From an uncultured Bacillales bacterium (GTDB taxonomy: Bacteria > Bacillota_I > Bacilli_A > RFN20 > CAG-449), in assembly GCA_945873815.1 (NCBI GenBank), contig CAMCEE010000009.1:218-64217 (forward strand): a stretch of DNA of 64,000 nucleotides. Direction: 5' to 3'. Below, one piece after another: positions 1 to 9,931 of the stretch. Numbering within the stretch: position 1 is the stretch's first letter; every line of letters begins with the position of its first letter. The position numbers and the translations under genes were made by a program. The notes beneath the pieces were generated by a model. That model did not search any database and was not told the origin of the DNA. It worked only from the letters and a program-made list of their open reading frames with translations.

Positions 1-1
1 A

Positions 2-943
2 TGTCAAATTAATATTGCTTCAAAAAGCCATTTCGTTGTATTTTGTTATGAAAAAAAGGGAAGAATCACGCTTATTGATCCTAATTATGGAAAGACAATC
101 GTTTCAAAAGAATGGTTTTTAGAAGTTTTTACAGGTAATGCTTTAATCTATGTTGATCATCAAATCATCACATATAAAAACAAAATTAAATTGATGAATC
201 CACTATATAGTGTTTTATATATCGCTTCATTGATTGTTGATTATGGATTAGTATATCTTTTATCTTTTTTAATGAAAAATGATAACTATATTGCTTTATT
301 ATCTATTACTCTGATTGGTTTATTAGTTTCAATCGTAGGAAAAACATTGATTATAAAGGCTTCTTATCTATTTCTAGACAAGAAAATCAATATAATATTA
401 GACAAGAATAAAGATCTAACAAATGAAGAAATGACTTTGATTCTTTCTATTAAGGAAATTGTAGTAAGAAAATATTTCAATTCTATCAATTCTATTGCAA
501 TAATAATCTTTTCAATAATTCTTTTAGTTGAAAATGAAATTTTAAATATTAGTTTGATTATCTTTAACTTATTAGCAATTATCCTTGTTAATTTCATTAA
601 GAATAAACTAAAAATTGATCATGAATATCTTATAAACATTGATGAGATGAATCTTTATCATCAAGGAGAAGATAGGATTACAATATTTAACTCAATTAGT
701 AAGAAGATTAATTCTCTTATTGTAGTTAAATCAATCATTATAGTTTCTTTATATATAATCTCAATACTATTTTGTTTTTTAATTAATTATTATAACCAAT
801 ATTATTCTTTAACGTTCATTCTGTTTACAAGTGGTTTATTTATCTTATTTATAGACCGCTTGAATATCATCTTATCTTCTTTTTCAAAAACGCAAAATGA
901 TTTTACTAGAATAAAGAGTCTATTTGTCAGATTATCAAAATAA
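2..943 (+). CDS. C39-type cysteine peptidase domain fused to an ABC-exporter-like multi-pass membrane domain; 5' partial, no ATPase domain
   Basis: Frame 2 is open from the window edge into listed ORF 191..943. The residues before the listed Met read SHFVVFCYEKKGRITLIDPNYGK, which resembles the His/Asp region of bacteriocin-processing C39 peptidases. About 250 aa of hydrophobic helices follow. The ORF stops at 941-943 with no Walker motifs. Confidence 0.55.
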   Translation, partial: CQINIASKSHFVVFCYEKKGRITLIDPNYGKTIVSKEWFLEVFTGNALIYVDHQIITYKNKIKLMNPLYSVLYIASLIVDYGLVYLLSFLMKNDNYIALLSITLIGLLVSIVGKTLIIKASYLFLDKKINIILDKNKDLTNEEMTLILSIKEIVVRKYFNSINSIAIIIFSIILLVENEILNISLIIFNLLAIILVNFIKNKLKIDHEYLINIDEMNLYHQGEDRITIFNSISKKINSLIVVKSIIIVSLYIISILFCFLINYYNQYYSLTFILFTSGLFILFIDRLNIILSSFSKTQNDFTRIKSLFVRLSK

Positions 944-1016
944 AATGCGTTCTAATTTGATATTTATTTGTTTCTTAGTCTCTTATTTGATAGAATAGAC
1001 CATAGAGGTAAAACAA

Positions 1017-1481
1017 ATGGAAATCGAATTATCATTTCAAAATAATACAGAATTAAAAACATATAACGAGGATTATTTCTTAAATATCGCAGAAACAATC
1101 TTTAAGCATTTAAATTTAGATGGATATTTTATTTTTGAAATCAATTTAGTGACGAAAGAAGAAATTCATCGTATCAATAGGGAATATCGTAAAATTGATC
1201 GTCCAACCGATGTAATATCTTTTGCTTTTGAGGATGATTTTGAAGGGGAAACAAAGATTGTTGCAAGCAAAGATTTACCGCGTGATTTAGGTGAAATATT
1301 CATTTGTTCTGATGTATGCATCAATCAAGCGAAGGAATACGGTCATTCACTCGATAGAGAAATGTCATTTCTTACGTGTCATGGCTTATTACATTTATTA
1401 GGATATGATCATATGACAAAAGAAGATGAAGAAGTCATGTTTGGCATCCAAAATAAAGTAATGGACTTACTTAAACTTTAG
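1017..1481 (+). CDS. ybeY: rRNA maturation endoribonuclease YbeY
   Basis: 154 aa with the zinc motif HGLLHLLGYDH. Bacillus-like ybeY-cdd-era context. Confidence 0.9.
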   Translation: MEIELSFQNNTELKTYNEDYFLNIAETIFKHLNLDGYFIFEINLVTKEEIHRINREYRKIDRPTDVISFAFEDDFEGETKIVASKDLPRDLGEIFICSDVCINQAKEYGHSLDREMSFLTCHGLLHLLGYDHMTKEDEEVMFGIQNKVMDLLKL

Positions 1482-1501
1482 TGTTAAAATATATTTACTC
1501 G

Positions 1502-1535
1502 AAACTAGATGTTATCTTGGCATCTAGTTTTCTTA
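1502..1535 (+). terminator. Hairpin between ybeY and cdd (possible weak terminator or attenuator)
   Basis: Perfect 10-bp inverted repeat AAACTAGATG (1502-1511) / CATCTAGTTT (1521-1530), followed by a T-rich stretch. Confidence 0.4.
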
Positions 1536-1556
1536 ACCTATAAGGAGGTTATACTT

Positions 1557-1958
1557 ATGAATAAAGAAGAATTAATGAAAGCATCTGACGAAGCTAGAGC
1601 ATTGTCCTATTCACCTTATTCTAATTTTAAAGTAGGTGCAGCAATCTTACTTAAAGATGGAACGATAATTAAAGGTGCAAATATTGAAAACTCTTCGTAT
1701 GGATTATGTATGTGCGCGGAAAGAAACACTGTATATAGAACATTGTTGTCTGGTTATAAAGTAGAAGATATGTTGGCTTTAGCATTATGTGCTGATGCTG
1801 ATGAACTTCCATATCCTTGTGGAGCATGTAGACAAGTATTAAGTGAATTATTTCCTCTTGATGCACCAGTGATTGTATGTAATACAAAAGGTAAATTTCT
1901 AGAAACATCGGTTAGAGAATTACTTCCTTATGCATTTGGAAAGGATAACTTAAAGTAA
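1557..1958 (+). CDS. cdd: Cytidine deaminase
   Basis: Motifs CAERNTVY and PCGACRQVL (zinc ligands). The internal ATG at 1557 is preceded by TAAGGAGG and is preferred over the ORF-track start at 1509. Confidence 0.9.
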   Translation: MNKEELMKASDEARALSYSPYSNFKVGAAILLKDGTIIKGANIENSSYGLCMCAERNTVYRTLLSGYKVEDMLALALCADADELPYPCGACRQVLSELFPLDAPVIVCNTKGKFLETSVRELLPYAFGKDNLK

Positions 1959-2846
1959 ATGAAATCAGGTTTTGTATCAATAATTGGAAAGACAAATGCC
2001 GGAAAATCAACACTTATAAATACTATTGTTGATTCTAAAATATCAATTATTACTCCTAAGCCTCAAACTACACGTAATGCGATACAAGGAGTTTATAACG
2101 ATGAGGATTCACAAATTGTGTTTATTGATACACCAGGTATTCTATCTCCTCATCAAAAGCTTGATGAATATATGAATAAACAAGCATATGGATCATTAAG
2201 TGGTATCGATGCAGTTATATTACTTGTAGATGCAGGTAATCCTTATAATGAAGAGAAAGATAGAGATTTATTGGAATCATTAAAAAATATTGCTTGTCCA
2301 TTTTTTGTAGTATTTAATAAAATCGATTTAACAAATATTTATCTAATTGAGGGTTTAAAAAAGAAATATTTAGAATTCTTTCCAAAAGCAAAAATAATTG
2401 AAATTTCTGCGATTAGAAATGCAAATATCGATGGACTTATTAAAGAAATTAAAGAAGTGCTTCCTGATGGGTTTGCTTTTTATCCTGATGATATGAAATC
2501 AGATCATCCAATGTCATTCCTCATTAGCGAAATCGTAAGAGAAAAAATGCTTCTTTACTTAGAAGAAGAAGTCCCTCATTCCGCAGCAGTAAAAGTTGAA
2601 AAAATGGAAAAAATCAATGATACTCTTCATATATACACAACTATAGTTTGTGAGAAGGATTCACAAAAAGGAATTATCATCGGTTCTCAAGGAAGAATGA
2701 TTAAGAAGATCGGTAGTGCTGCTCGAAAGGATATCGAGAAGATTATGAATCGCAAAATCAATCTTAAAACATTTGTTAGAGTTGAGAATAAATGGAGAAA
2801 TTCAACAAATTATTTGAAAGAATTTGGTTATACAGAAGATAAATAA
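1959..2846 (+). CDS. era: GTPase Era
   Basis: P-loop GKTNAGKST, DTPG, NKID and a C-terminal KH domain. Start abuts the cdd stop. Confidence 0.93.
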   Translation: MKSGFVSIIGKTNAGKSTLINTIVDSKISIITPKPQTTRNAIQGVYNDEDSQIVFIDTPGILSPHQKLDEYMNKQAYGSLSGIDAVILLVDAGNPYNEEKDRDLLESLKNIACPFFVVFNKIDLTNIYLIEGLKKKYLEFFPKAKIIEISAIRNANIDGLIKEIKEVLPDGFAFYPDDMKSDHPMSFLISEIVREKMLLYLEEEVPHSAAVKVEKMEKINDTLHIYTTIVCEKDSQKGIIIGSQGRMIKKIGSAARKDIEKIMNRKINLKTFVRVENKWRNSTNYLKEFGYTEDK

Positions 2847-2849
2847 TAT

Positions 2850-3581
2850 ATGGAAAAAGAAATAGAAGGGATTGTATTGCGACAAGTCCCTTATAAGGAA
2901 AAAGATAAAATAGTAACTATCATTACAAGAAAAGGATTATTATCATTTGACGCAAGAGGCATCGCCTCTCTTACAAGTAAGAATTCTTCTTCTTGTAATC
3001 TTTTTTCTTTATCTAACTTTACCTTAAATGAGAAAGGGAATTATCTTTCATTAAAACAGGGGAAACTTATTGATTCTCATTATGAATTATATGAATCACT
3101 TGAAAGCATGAGTGCTATTCAATTAGCTTTTGAATCTCTTATAAGATTTATGGATGAGAATGATACTAAAATTTACGATTATGTTTTATCTTTTTTTGAT
3201 AATTTAAAAAAAGGTTTTGACAGTATGACTTTGCTCGTTATCCTATTAGCCCAACTAATTAAATCATCTGGTTATGCTTTAGAATATTCTTCATGCGTTG
3301 AATGTGGAAATAAAAAGAATATCGTTCAAGTTAATTATCGTATTGGTGGTTTTTTGTGTTATGAATGCGCAAAAAAATATAATGAAATCCATGATGATAA
3401 GGATTATTTAAAATCATTTAGATATGTTTTTATGGTATCGTATGATATGATGAATCATTATGAGCTTGATCGAAAAATAGCTTCTAGATTATTAAAAGAA
3501 TTTATCGATTTTTTGAACTTCAATTTCGATAATAAAGAGATTAAAGCATACGAGATATATAAGAATAGTATAATTATGTAA
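2850..3581 (+). CDS. recO: DNA repair protein RecO
   Basis: 243 aa with an N-terminal OB-like region and a Cys cluster CVECG...CYEC. Sits directly after era, as in Bacillus. Confidence 0.85.
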   Translation: MEKEIEGIVLRQVPYKEKDKIVTIITRKGLLSFDARGIASLTSKNSSSCNLFSLSNFTLNEKGNYLSLKQGKLIDSHYELYESLESMSAIQLAFESLIRFMDENDTKIYDYVLSFFDNLKKGFDSMTLLVILLAQLIKSSGYALEYSSCVECGNKKNIVQVNYRIGGFLCYECAKKYNEIHDDKDYLKSFRYVFMVSYDMMNHYELDRKIASRLLKEFIDFLNFNFDNKEIKAYEIYKNSIIM

Positions 3582-3720
3582 TCGGTTGAATTACGTTTTT
3601 GTTTAAAAATAAATCAATAAATATCAACTTTTCTAGATTAATACACTTATAATGGGTTGACAGATTGTTTTTATTTTTGATATCTTTATAAATGGTTTTC
3701 AAAAAAAAGGAGTAATAAAA

Positions 3721-5091
3721 ATGTGTAAATATAAGTTTGATGAAATTGTTAATCATCTTCAAATTTCAGGATTCGTTTATCCGGGTTCACAAATTTATGG
3801 TGGACTATCAAATTCATGGGATTACGGTCCTTTAGGTTCATTATTAAAAAGAAATGCAAAAGAATTGTGGTGGAAGAAATTTGTTCAAGAACAAACGATG
3901 AATGTTGGTCTTGATCCAGCAATTCTTATGAATAGTAAAGTTTGGGAAGCTACTGGACATCTTGCAAATTTCTCAGATCCTCTTATTGATTGTAAGAGTT
4001 GTAAAGCAAGACATAGAGCAGACGATTTGATTGAAAAGGCAACTGGAATCAATTGTGATGGTTGGACCAATGAACAACTTATGGATTTTGTAAAATCGCA
4101 TGATGAAATCGTATGTCCAAAATGTGGAGCCAAAAATTTCACCGATATTCGTAAGTTTCAATTAATGTTTAAGACTCATATTGGAGTTACCGAGGAAGCA
4201 AAGAGTGAAGTTTATTTAAGACCAGAAACTGCACAAGGTATTTTCGTAAACTTTAATAATGTTGTTAGATCTACAAGAAAAAAACTACCTTTAGGTATTT
4301 GTGATATTGGTAAATCATTTAGAAATGAAATCACTCCAGGTAATTTTACTTTTAGAATGAGAGAATTCGAACAAATGGAGATGGAATTCTTTTGTAAACC
4401 AGGAACTGATTTAGAATGGTTCAATTATTGGAAATCATATATGATGAAATTCTTAACCGACTTGAATATTAAATCAGATAAATTAAGATATAGAGATCAC
4501 GAAAAAGCAGCGCTTGCATTCTATAGTGTTGCAACGACAGATATTGAATATGAATTCCCATTTGGATGGGGTGAATTATGGGGGATTGCAGATCGTACGG
4601 ATTACGATTTGAAGAGACATATGGAACATTCAGGTGAAGATATGTCTTATTTTGATCCTACAACAAATGAAAAATATGTCCCATATTGTGTCGAACCAGC
4701 ATTAGGTGCGGATAGATTAGCACTAGTCTTAATGTGCGATGCATATGATGTTGAAAAATTGGAGAATGATGAAAGAATAGTAATGCATCTTCATCCTGCA
4801 GTTGCACCTTACAAAGCTGCAGTATTGCCATTAAGTAAAAAACTTGGTGATAAAGCGATGGAAATTGTCAATTCTTTATCTAAGGAATTCTCTGTTACTT
4901 ATGATGAAACAGGTTCTATTGGTAAACGTTATAGAAGACAAGATGCAATTGGAACACCTTATTCTATTACTGTTGATTTTGAAACAGAAAACGATCAATC
5001 AGTAACAATTAGAGATAGAGATACAATGGAACAAATTAGACTTCCAATTTGTGAAGTAGCTAATTTCCTTAATAAAAAGATCAAATTATAA
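3721..5091 (+). CDS. glyQS: Glycine--tRNA ligase (single-chain class II GlyQS type)
   Basis: 456 aa beginning [21 protein letters not shown], typical of GlyQS. RBS AAGGAG lies upstream. Confidence 0.92.
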   Translation: MCKYKFDEIVNHLQISGFVYPGSQIYGGLSNSWDYGPLGSLLKRNAKELWWKKFVQEQTMNVGLDPAILMNSKVWEATGHLANFSDPLIDCKSCKARHRADDLIEKATGINCDGWTNEQLMDFVKSHDEIVCPKCGAKNFTDIRKFQLMFKTHIGVTEEAKSEVYLRPETAQGIFVNFNNVVRSTRKKLPLGICDIGKSFRNEITPGNFTFRMREFEQMEMEFFCKPGTDLEWFNYWKSYMMKFLTDLNIKSDKLRYRDHEKAALAFYSVATTDIEYEFPFGWGELWGIADRTDYDLKRHMEHSGEDMSYFDPTTNEKYVPYCVEPALGADRLALVLMCDAYDVEKLENDERIVMHLHPAVAPYKAAVLPLSKKLGDKAMEIVNSLSKEFSVTYDETGSIGKRYRRQDAIGTPYSITVDFETENDQSVTIRDRDTMEQIRLPICEVANFLNKKIKL

Positions 5092-5100
5092 TGAGGAAAA

Positions 5101-6900
5101 ATGATGATATCGCCAGAAAAAGCCGAAGAAATAAGACAAAAAGCCGATATTGTTCAAATTATATCGTCATTCATAAAAGTTTATAAAAAAGGAAGCGATT
5201 ATGTAGCGGTATGTCCTTTTCATAATGATACAAATCCATCAATGCATATTTCACCTTCTAAACAAATTTTTAAATGCTTTGTTTGTAACGAAGGTGGAAA
5301 CGTTTTTAATTTCGTTTCTAAATACGAAAAAATATCATATTATGATGCAGTTGCAAAAGTTGCAGAAATGATTGGTATTACAGATTTAGATTATAAAAAG
5401 CAAGAAAGGGAAATTGCTCCTGAACTTAAAGGTTCTTTGAATGCATTGAAGGAGGCAACTGATTTATATAAATACCTTTTAAACTCAAAAGATGGTGAGA
5501 AGTGTTTGGAATATTTAAGAAAAAGAAATATTTCTCCTGAAATGCAAGAATATTTTGATTTAGGGTATTCATCTCTAGATGAGACATTATCAATTAAACT
5601 TCTTCAAGCAAAAGGTATTTCGATTGAGGATTTAGATAATTCTGGCATTTTATCAAGATATAATGGCCAATTTATCGATCGTTTCTCCGGACGACTAATC
5701 TTTCCAATCTATAATGAATATAGCGAAGTGATTGGGTATTCCGCGCGTATTATCACTAAGAATGATGAAGCAAAATATATAAATACTAAAGAGACACCTT
5801 TATTTAATAAATCGCAAGTATTGTATAACTACCAAAATGCAAAAAAAGAGAGTAAAAGAGAAGGATATGTCTATGTAACTGAAGGTTTTATGGATGTATT
5901 TGCATTATATAAAATAGGTATTAAATCTGCTATCGCACTAATGGGAACTGCCTTTACACAATATCATGCTAAATTATTACGAAAACTTAATGTTCAAGTT
6001 CGACTATGTCTTGATGGTGATAATGCTGGGCAACATGGAATGTATGTAGCTTCTGAAATGCTTGAAAAAGAAGGTATACCTTATAAAATAGTAGATTATA
6101 AAGACGTGATATTAGATCCTGATGAGATTTTACAACAATTTGGTGAAAATAGATTGAAACAAATTTTAAATCAATTGATTGATAGAAATGAATTCGTTGG
6201 TAAATACTTTGCTAAACAATCCGATTTATCGACAAATGAAGGAAAAAAGAAATATGCTGAATTAATGATTCCTGTTATTTCAAATATTGATAATCCTATT
6301 GATAAGGACTTATTAATCAAGGATGTATGCTTTAAAACAGGAATTACTGTTGATACGTATTATGAACTTATTGGCCAAAAAACAAATACATCTAATAATC
6401 GAGCTTATAATAATACGCAATATTATCCTAATACTAATTCCTATTCTAAAAATGGGAAAATGAAGATTAATAAATTGAAGAATATACAAGATGAATTATT
6501 ATATCACTTATTATGTTTCAAAGAGACGATCAAAGATATGGAGGAATCTGGATGTTATTTCATCGATGATATTTATGAAAGAATCAGAAATTATGTAGTT
6601 GATCGTTATCAAACTAAAGGAGAAGATTATTCTCCTTCTCCAAGCGAAACGATTAGTATGTTATCGCAAACTAACGATGAGAAAAAATCAGAAATGATAT
6701 CCGCTATTACAGAAGTTGTTAGCAAAAAGAATTATAAAACTTATGATAAAGAGATGATAAATGAAACGATTAGCGCATTTAAAGTAGCTCTTGAAGAAAA
6801 AGAACATCGAGACTTTTTATCAAGTTTGATGGATAAATCAAACCCAGAAAAGGCTGAATTATATATTAAAGATCGCAATCAAAGAAAAGGAGAAAAGTAA
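5101..6900 (+). CDS. dnaG: DNA primase
   Basis: Zinc finger [18 protein letters not shown], a Toprim region (EGFMDV, DGDNAG), and the dnaG-sigA operon context. Confidence 0.93.
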   Translation: MMISPEKAEEIRQKADIVQIISSFIKVYKKGSDYVAVCPFHNDTNPSMHISPSKQIFKCFVCNEGGNVFNFVSKYEKISYYDAVAKVAEMIGITDLDYKKQEREIAPELKGSLNALKEATDLYKYLLNSKDGEKCLEYLRKRNISPEMQEYFDLGYSSLDETLSIKLLQAKGISIEDLDNSGILSRYNGQFIDRFSGRLIFPIYNEYSEVIGYSARIITKNDEAKYINTKETPLFNKSQVLYNYQNAKKESKREGYVYVTEGFMDVFALYKIGIKSAIALMGTAFTQYHAKLLRKLNVQVRLCLDGDNAGQHGMYVASEMLEKEGIPYKIVDYKDVILDPDEILQQFGENRLKQILNQLIDRNEFVGKYFAKQSDLSTNEGKKKYAELMIPVISNIDNPIDKDLLIKDVCFKTGITVDTYYELIGQKTNTSNNRAYNNTQYYPNTNSYSKNGKMKINKLKNIQDELLYHLLCFKETIKDMEESGCYFIDDIYERIRNYVVDRYQTKGEDYSPSPSETISMLSQTNDEKKSEMISAITEVVSKKNYKTYDKEMINETISAFKVALEEKEHRDFLSSLMDKSNPEKAELYIKDRNQRKGEK

Positions 6901-6901
6901 A

Positions 6902-8212
6902 ATGAAGAAAAGAAGAGAAGAAATTGAAGAAATCGAAGATATCGATGATGATGAATTAGACGAAGAATTTGATGATGATTCTTTTGAACCAATTAGCATC
7001 GAAGACGTTGAAGATGATGTTGAGACATATGAACAAGTCAAAAAGAGATTAGAAAAAGAAGGAAAGAAGAATGGTGTTTTAGACCAAGAAGAAATATTTG
7101 AAGAATTCTCTCACCTTGATTTGAGCGATGAACAATTAAATGATTTAATCAACTATTTCCGTTCTAAAAAGATTGAAGTTATTACAAATGAAGACGATGA
7201 AGAAAATCTTGATTCAATTGAATTTGATGAGAATAATTTTAATGTAGATAATACGGATGAAGTTTTGCTTGACGACGACGATTTTAATCCTGATGAAATT
7301 GAGGAAGAGGATGTAGTAACCGATTTAGATTTCGATTCATTAATCGATGATGGAGTAAAAGTTAATGATCCTGTCAAGATGTATTTAAAAGAAATTGGTA
7401 GAGTTAAACTTCTTTCTGCTGATGAAGAAAACGAATTAGCGATAAGAATTAAAGAAGGAGATAGATTTGCTAAAGACGAATTGACAAAAGCTAATCTAAG
7501 ACTCGTCGTCTCAATTGCTAAACATTATGTTGGTAGAGGAATGTTATTTTTAGATTTAATTCAAGAGGGAAACTTAGGTTTAATTAAAGCAGTTGAAAAA
7601 TTTGATTATACGAAAGGATTTAAATTTTCTACATATGCTACATGGTGGATTAGACAAGCTATCACAAGGGCAATAGCTGATCAAGCAAGAACTATTAGAA
7701 TTCCTGTTCATATGGTTGAAACAATCAATAAGATTACACGTTACCAAAGACAATTAACGCAAGAATTAGGAAGAGATCCTACTGCTCAAGAAATCTCTAA
7801 TAAAATGGCGGAAAATAAAGAACCTAACGTTTTACCTCCAGAACGTATTAGAGAAATTCAAAAACTTGCTCTTGACCCGGTTTCATTAGAAACACCAATC
7901 GGTGAAGAAGACGATTCTCATTTGGGTGATTTTATTGAAGATAAAGACGCTCAATCTCCAAGTGAATATACGACAAAATCACTATTAAAAGATGAATTAT
8001 ATAGCGTTATGAAGGATCTAACCGATCGTGAAGAAAGAGTATTAAGATTAAGATATGGTCTTGATGATGGACGTCCTAGAACTCTTGAAGAAGTTGGGAA
8101 AGAATTCGGTGTTACAAGAGAAAGAATTCGTCAAATTGAGGCAAAAGCAATTAGAAAATTAAGACATCCAACTAGATCAAAGAGATTTGGAGATTATCGT
8201 GATAAAGAATAA
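6902..8212 (+). CDS. sigA: Primary RNA polymerase sigma factor (sigma-70/SigA) with a long acidic N-terminal region
   Basis: Regions 2-4 are conserved ([47 protein letters not shown]). The first ~150 aa are D/E-rich. Confidence 0.95.
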   Translation: MKKRREEIEEIEDIDDDELDEEFDDDSFEPISIEDVEDDVETYEQVKKRLEKEGKKNGVLDQEEIFEEFSHLDLSDEQLNDLINYFRSKKIEVITNEDDEENLDSIEFDENNFNVDNTDEVLLDDDDFNPDEIEEEDVVTDLDFDSLIDDGVKVNDPVKMYLKEIGRVKLLSADEENELAIRIKEGDRFAKDELTKANLRLVVSIAKHYVGRGMLFLDLIQEGNLGLIKAVEKFDYTKGFKFSTYATWWIRQAITRAIADQARTIRIPVHMVETINKITRYQRQLTQELGRDPTAQEISNKMAENKEPNVLPPERIREIQKLALDPVSLETPIGEEDDSHLGDFIEDKDAQSPSEYTTKSLLKDELYSVMKDLTDREERVLRLRYGLDDGRPRTLEEVGKEFGVTRERIRQIEAKAIRKLRHPTRSKRFGDYRDKE

Positions 8213-8873
8213 CAATAATTTATCTACTCGCCTAGAAATGATTGCTAGAATTATTCCTCATGGAGTAAATCTAGCAGATATCGGGGCGGATCATGGATAT
8301 TTAATCAAATATCTTAAGGAAAATAAGATTATTAATATGGGATATGCTTCTGATAATAAAGAGGGACCATATAATAATTTAAAGAAGAATTTAGAGGGAC
8401 TTGATGTTGAGATTGATCTAGTTTCTGGAATTAGAAACCTTCCTTCATACATAAATTGCTTATGTATTGCAGGGATGGGAGGAGATACTATAATATCCAT
8501 ATTAGATGAAGAAAAGGATAAACTAAATAATCTTGAATATATTGTTATATCTAGTCATAGTCTAATTGAAAATGTGAGAAAATATCTATTTGAAAATGGA
8601 TTTAGTTTAATAGGACAAGATGCTTGTTTTGATAAAGAACCTCATTATTATGAAGTAAATTTATTTAAAAAGGGCAAAATGAAATATGATTTAATCGATA
8701 TAAATTATGGAAAATATCTAATTAATAGTACAAATTATGCATTTTTTAAGAATATTCAAAATAATATTTATAAAATCCGTCAATTATTAAATAAATCTCT
8801 TTCTGAAGAGAGAATCTTTGCTTTAAAAAATAAATTAGATGAATACGAAAATCTTTTAAAGAATAAATATTAA
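8199..8873 (+). CDS. trmK: tRNA (adenine22-N1)-methyltransferase TrmK
   Basis: [14 protein letters not shown]-binding motif, positioned after sigA as B. subtilis yqfN is. The GTG at 8199 follows GGAG at 8189-8192. TTG 8187 is an alternative start. Confidence 0.8.
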   Translation: MIKNNNNLSTRLEMIARIIPHGVNLADIGADHGYLIKYLKENKIINMGYASDNKEGPYNNLKKNLEGLDVEIDLVSGIRNLPSYINCLCIAGMGGDTIISILDEEKDKLNNLEYIVISSHSLIENVRKYLFENGFSLIGQDACFDKEPHYYEVNLFKKGKMKYDLIDINYGKYLINSTNYAFFKNIQNNIYKIRQLLNKSLSEERIFALKNKLDEYENLLKNKY

Positions 8874-8875
8874 TG

Positions 8876-8905
8876 GCATTCTTTTTATCAAGAATGCTAT
8901 TTTTG
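8876..8905. terminator. Hairpin shared by the convergent trmK and YqfQ-like genes
   Basis: GCATTCTT (8876-8883) pairs with AAGAATGC (8890-8897), then TATTTTT. Confidence 0.45.
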
Positions 8906-9265
8906 ATTGAAAAATGGCGAAGAAGGTCGGTCGTTCATTTTTGGACTTTCATAATGGTATTCTTCATAAACGATATTATCATCTTTTATCGAAGCATTAC
9001 GTGTCATGTTTTTGTTAAAAAAAGAGTAAAATTTTTTTCCTGTTTCTCCTATTTTTGAAATTATCGGCTTTACTTCTTTATAAATAGGAACAATCTGGTT
9101 ATAGGTGTTTATTCCTCGTTGGGTTGTTTCAATGATTTTTGAAATACGAGGGATAAAAGATTGAGTTATGTTTCTAGTTGAAGACCTTGAAATAACATTT
9201 CTTCTAAGGAGTGGGCTTATATTATTATTCGAATATAATGGACCACGATAATAGGGATTAAACAT
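8897..9265 (-). CDS. Small hypothetical protein, possibly YqfQ/VrrA-like
   Basis: 122 aa of low-complexity N/S/R/P-rich sequence. Its position next to trmK parallels B. subtilis yqfQ. The similarity is judged from memory only. Confidence 0.4.
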   Translation of the reverse strand: MFNPYYRGPLYSNNNISPLLRRNVISRSSTRNITQSFIPRISKIIETTQRGINTYNQIVPIYKEVKPIISKIGETGKKFYSFFNKNMTRNASIKDDNIVYEEYHYESPKMNDRPSSPFFNQK

Positions 9266-9400
9266 ATATTCACCTCGTAATATTATATGAAAAATGACTT
9301 AATAAATTACATTTATTAATATGAAAACTTGAATTAGATAAGTAAATACGAGTATTATTATTTTGTAAGAAGAATAAATAACACAATAGGAGGTACAAAT

Positions 9401-9928
9401 ATGAATCTAAATGATTATATTGAAGTTATTCCAGATTGGCCTAAAAAAGGAATTCAATTTAAGGATATTACTACTTTAATGCAAAATGGAGAAGCTTATC
9501 GTTATGCGGTAGATGAGATGGCTCGTCTTGCAAAAGAAGCAGGCGCAGAAGTCATCGTTGGCCCAGAATCACGTGGGTTTATGTTTGGATGTCCTGTTGC
9601 AACTGCATTGAAAATAGGCTTCGTTCCGGTAAGAAAACCAAACAAATTACCAAGAGAAACTATCAGTTACACATATGAATTAGAATATGGTACAGATACA
9701 TTATGCATGCATCGTGAATCAATTAAACCTGGACAAAAGGTTGTTATTATCGATGATATTGTTGCACTTGGAGGAACAATGGAGGCTTGCATAAATCTTG
9801 TAGAACAACTTGGAGGACATGTAGTTGGAATTATAGCATTAATGGGCTTAACTGCTTTACCTGGTGTAAAGAAATTAGAATCTTATGGCTTAAAATGCTT
9901 AATTTATGATGATGTAGAGGATAAATAG
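9401..9928 (+). CDS. apt: Adenine phosphoribosyltransferase
   Basis: PRPP-binding motif [13 protein letters not shown]. apt-relA adjacency as in Bacillus. Confidence 0.93.
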   Translation: MNLNDYIEVIPDWPKKGIQFKDITTLMQNGEAYRYAVDEMARLAKEAGAEVIVGPESRGFMFGCPVATALKIGFVPVRKPNKLPRETISYTYELEYGTDTLCMHRESIKPGQKVVIIDDIVALGGTMEACINLVEQLGGHVVGIIALMGLTALPGVKKLESYGLKCLIYDDVEDK

Positions 9929-9931
9929 CTT

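Noticed and set aside
3582-3720. A possible T-box upstream of glyQS, as in Bacillus.
   Set aside because: The spacer is only ~139 nt and contains no GGTGGTACC T-box core and no terminator hairpin.
6902-7370. GAA/GAT-rich repetitive DNA at the start of sigA, which looks like a tandem repeat.
   Set aside because: It is in frame and encodes an acidic region-1.1-like extension. There is no exact DNA repeat unit.
8873-9058. A 61-aa + strand ORF after trmK.
   Set aside because: It overlaps the better-supported - strand YqfQ-like ORF, has no RBS, and starts inside the terminator hairpin.
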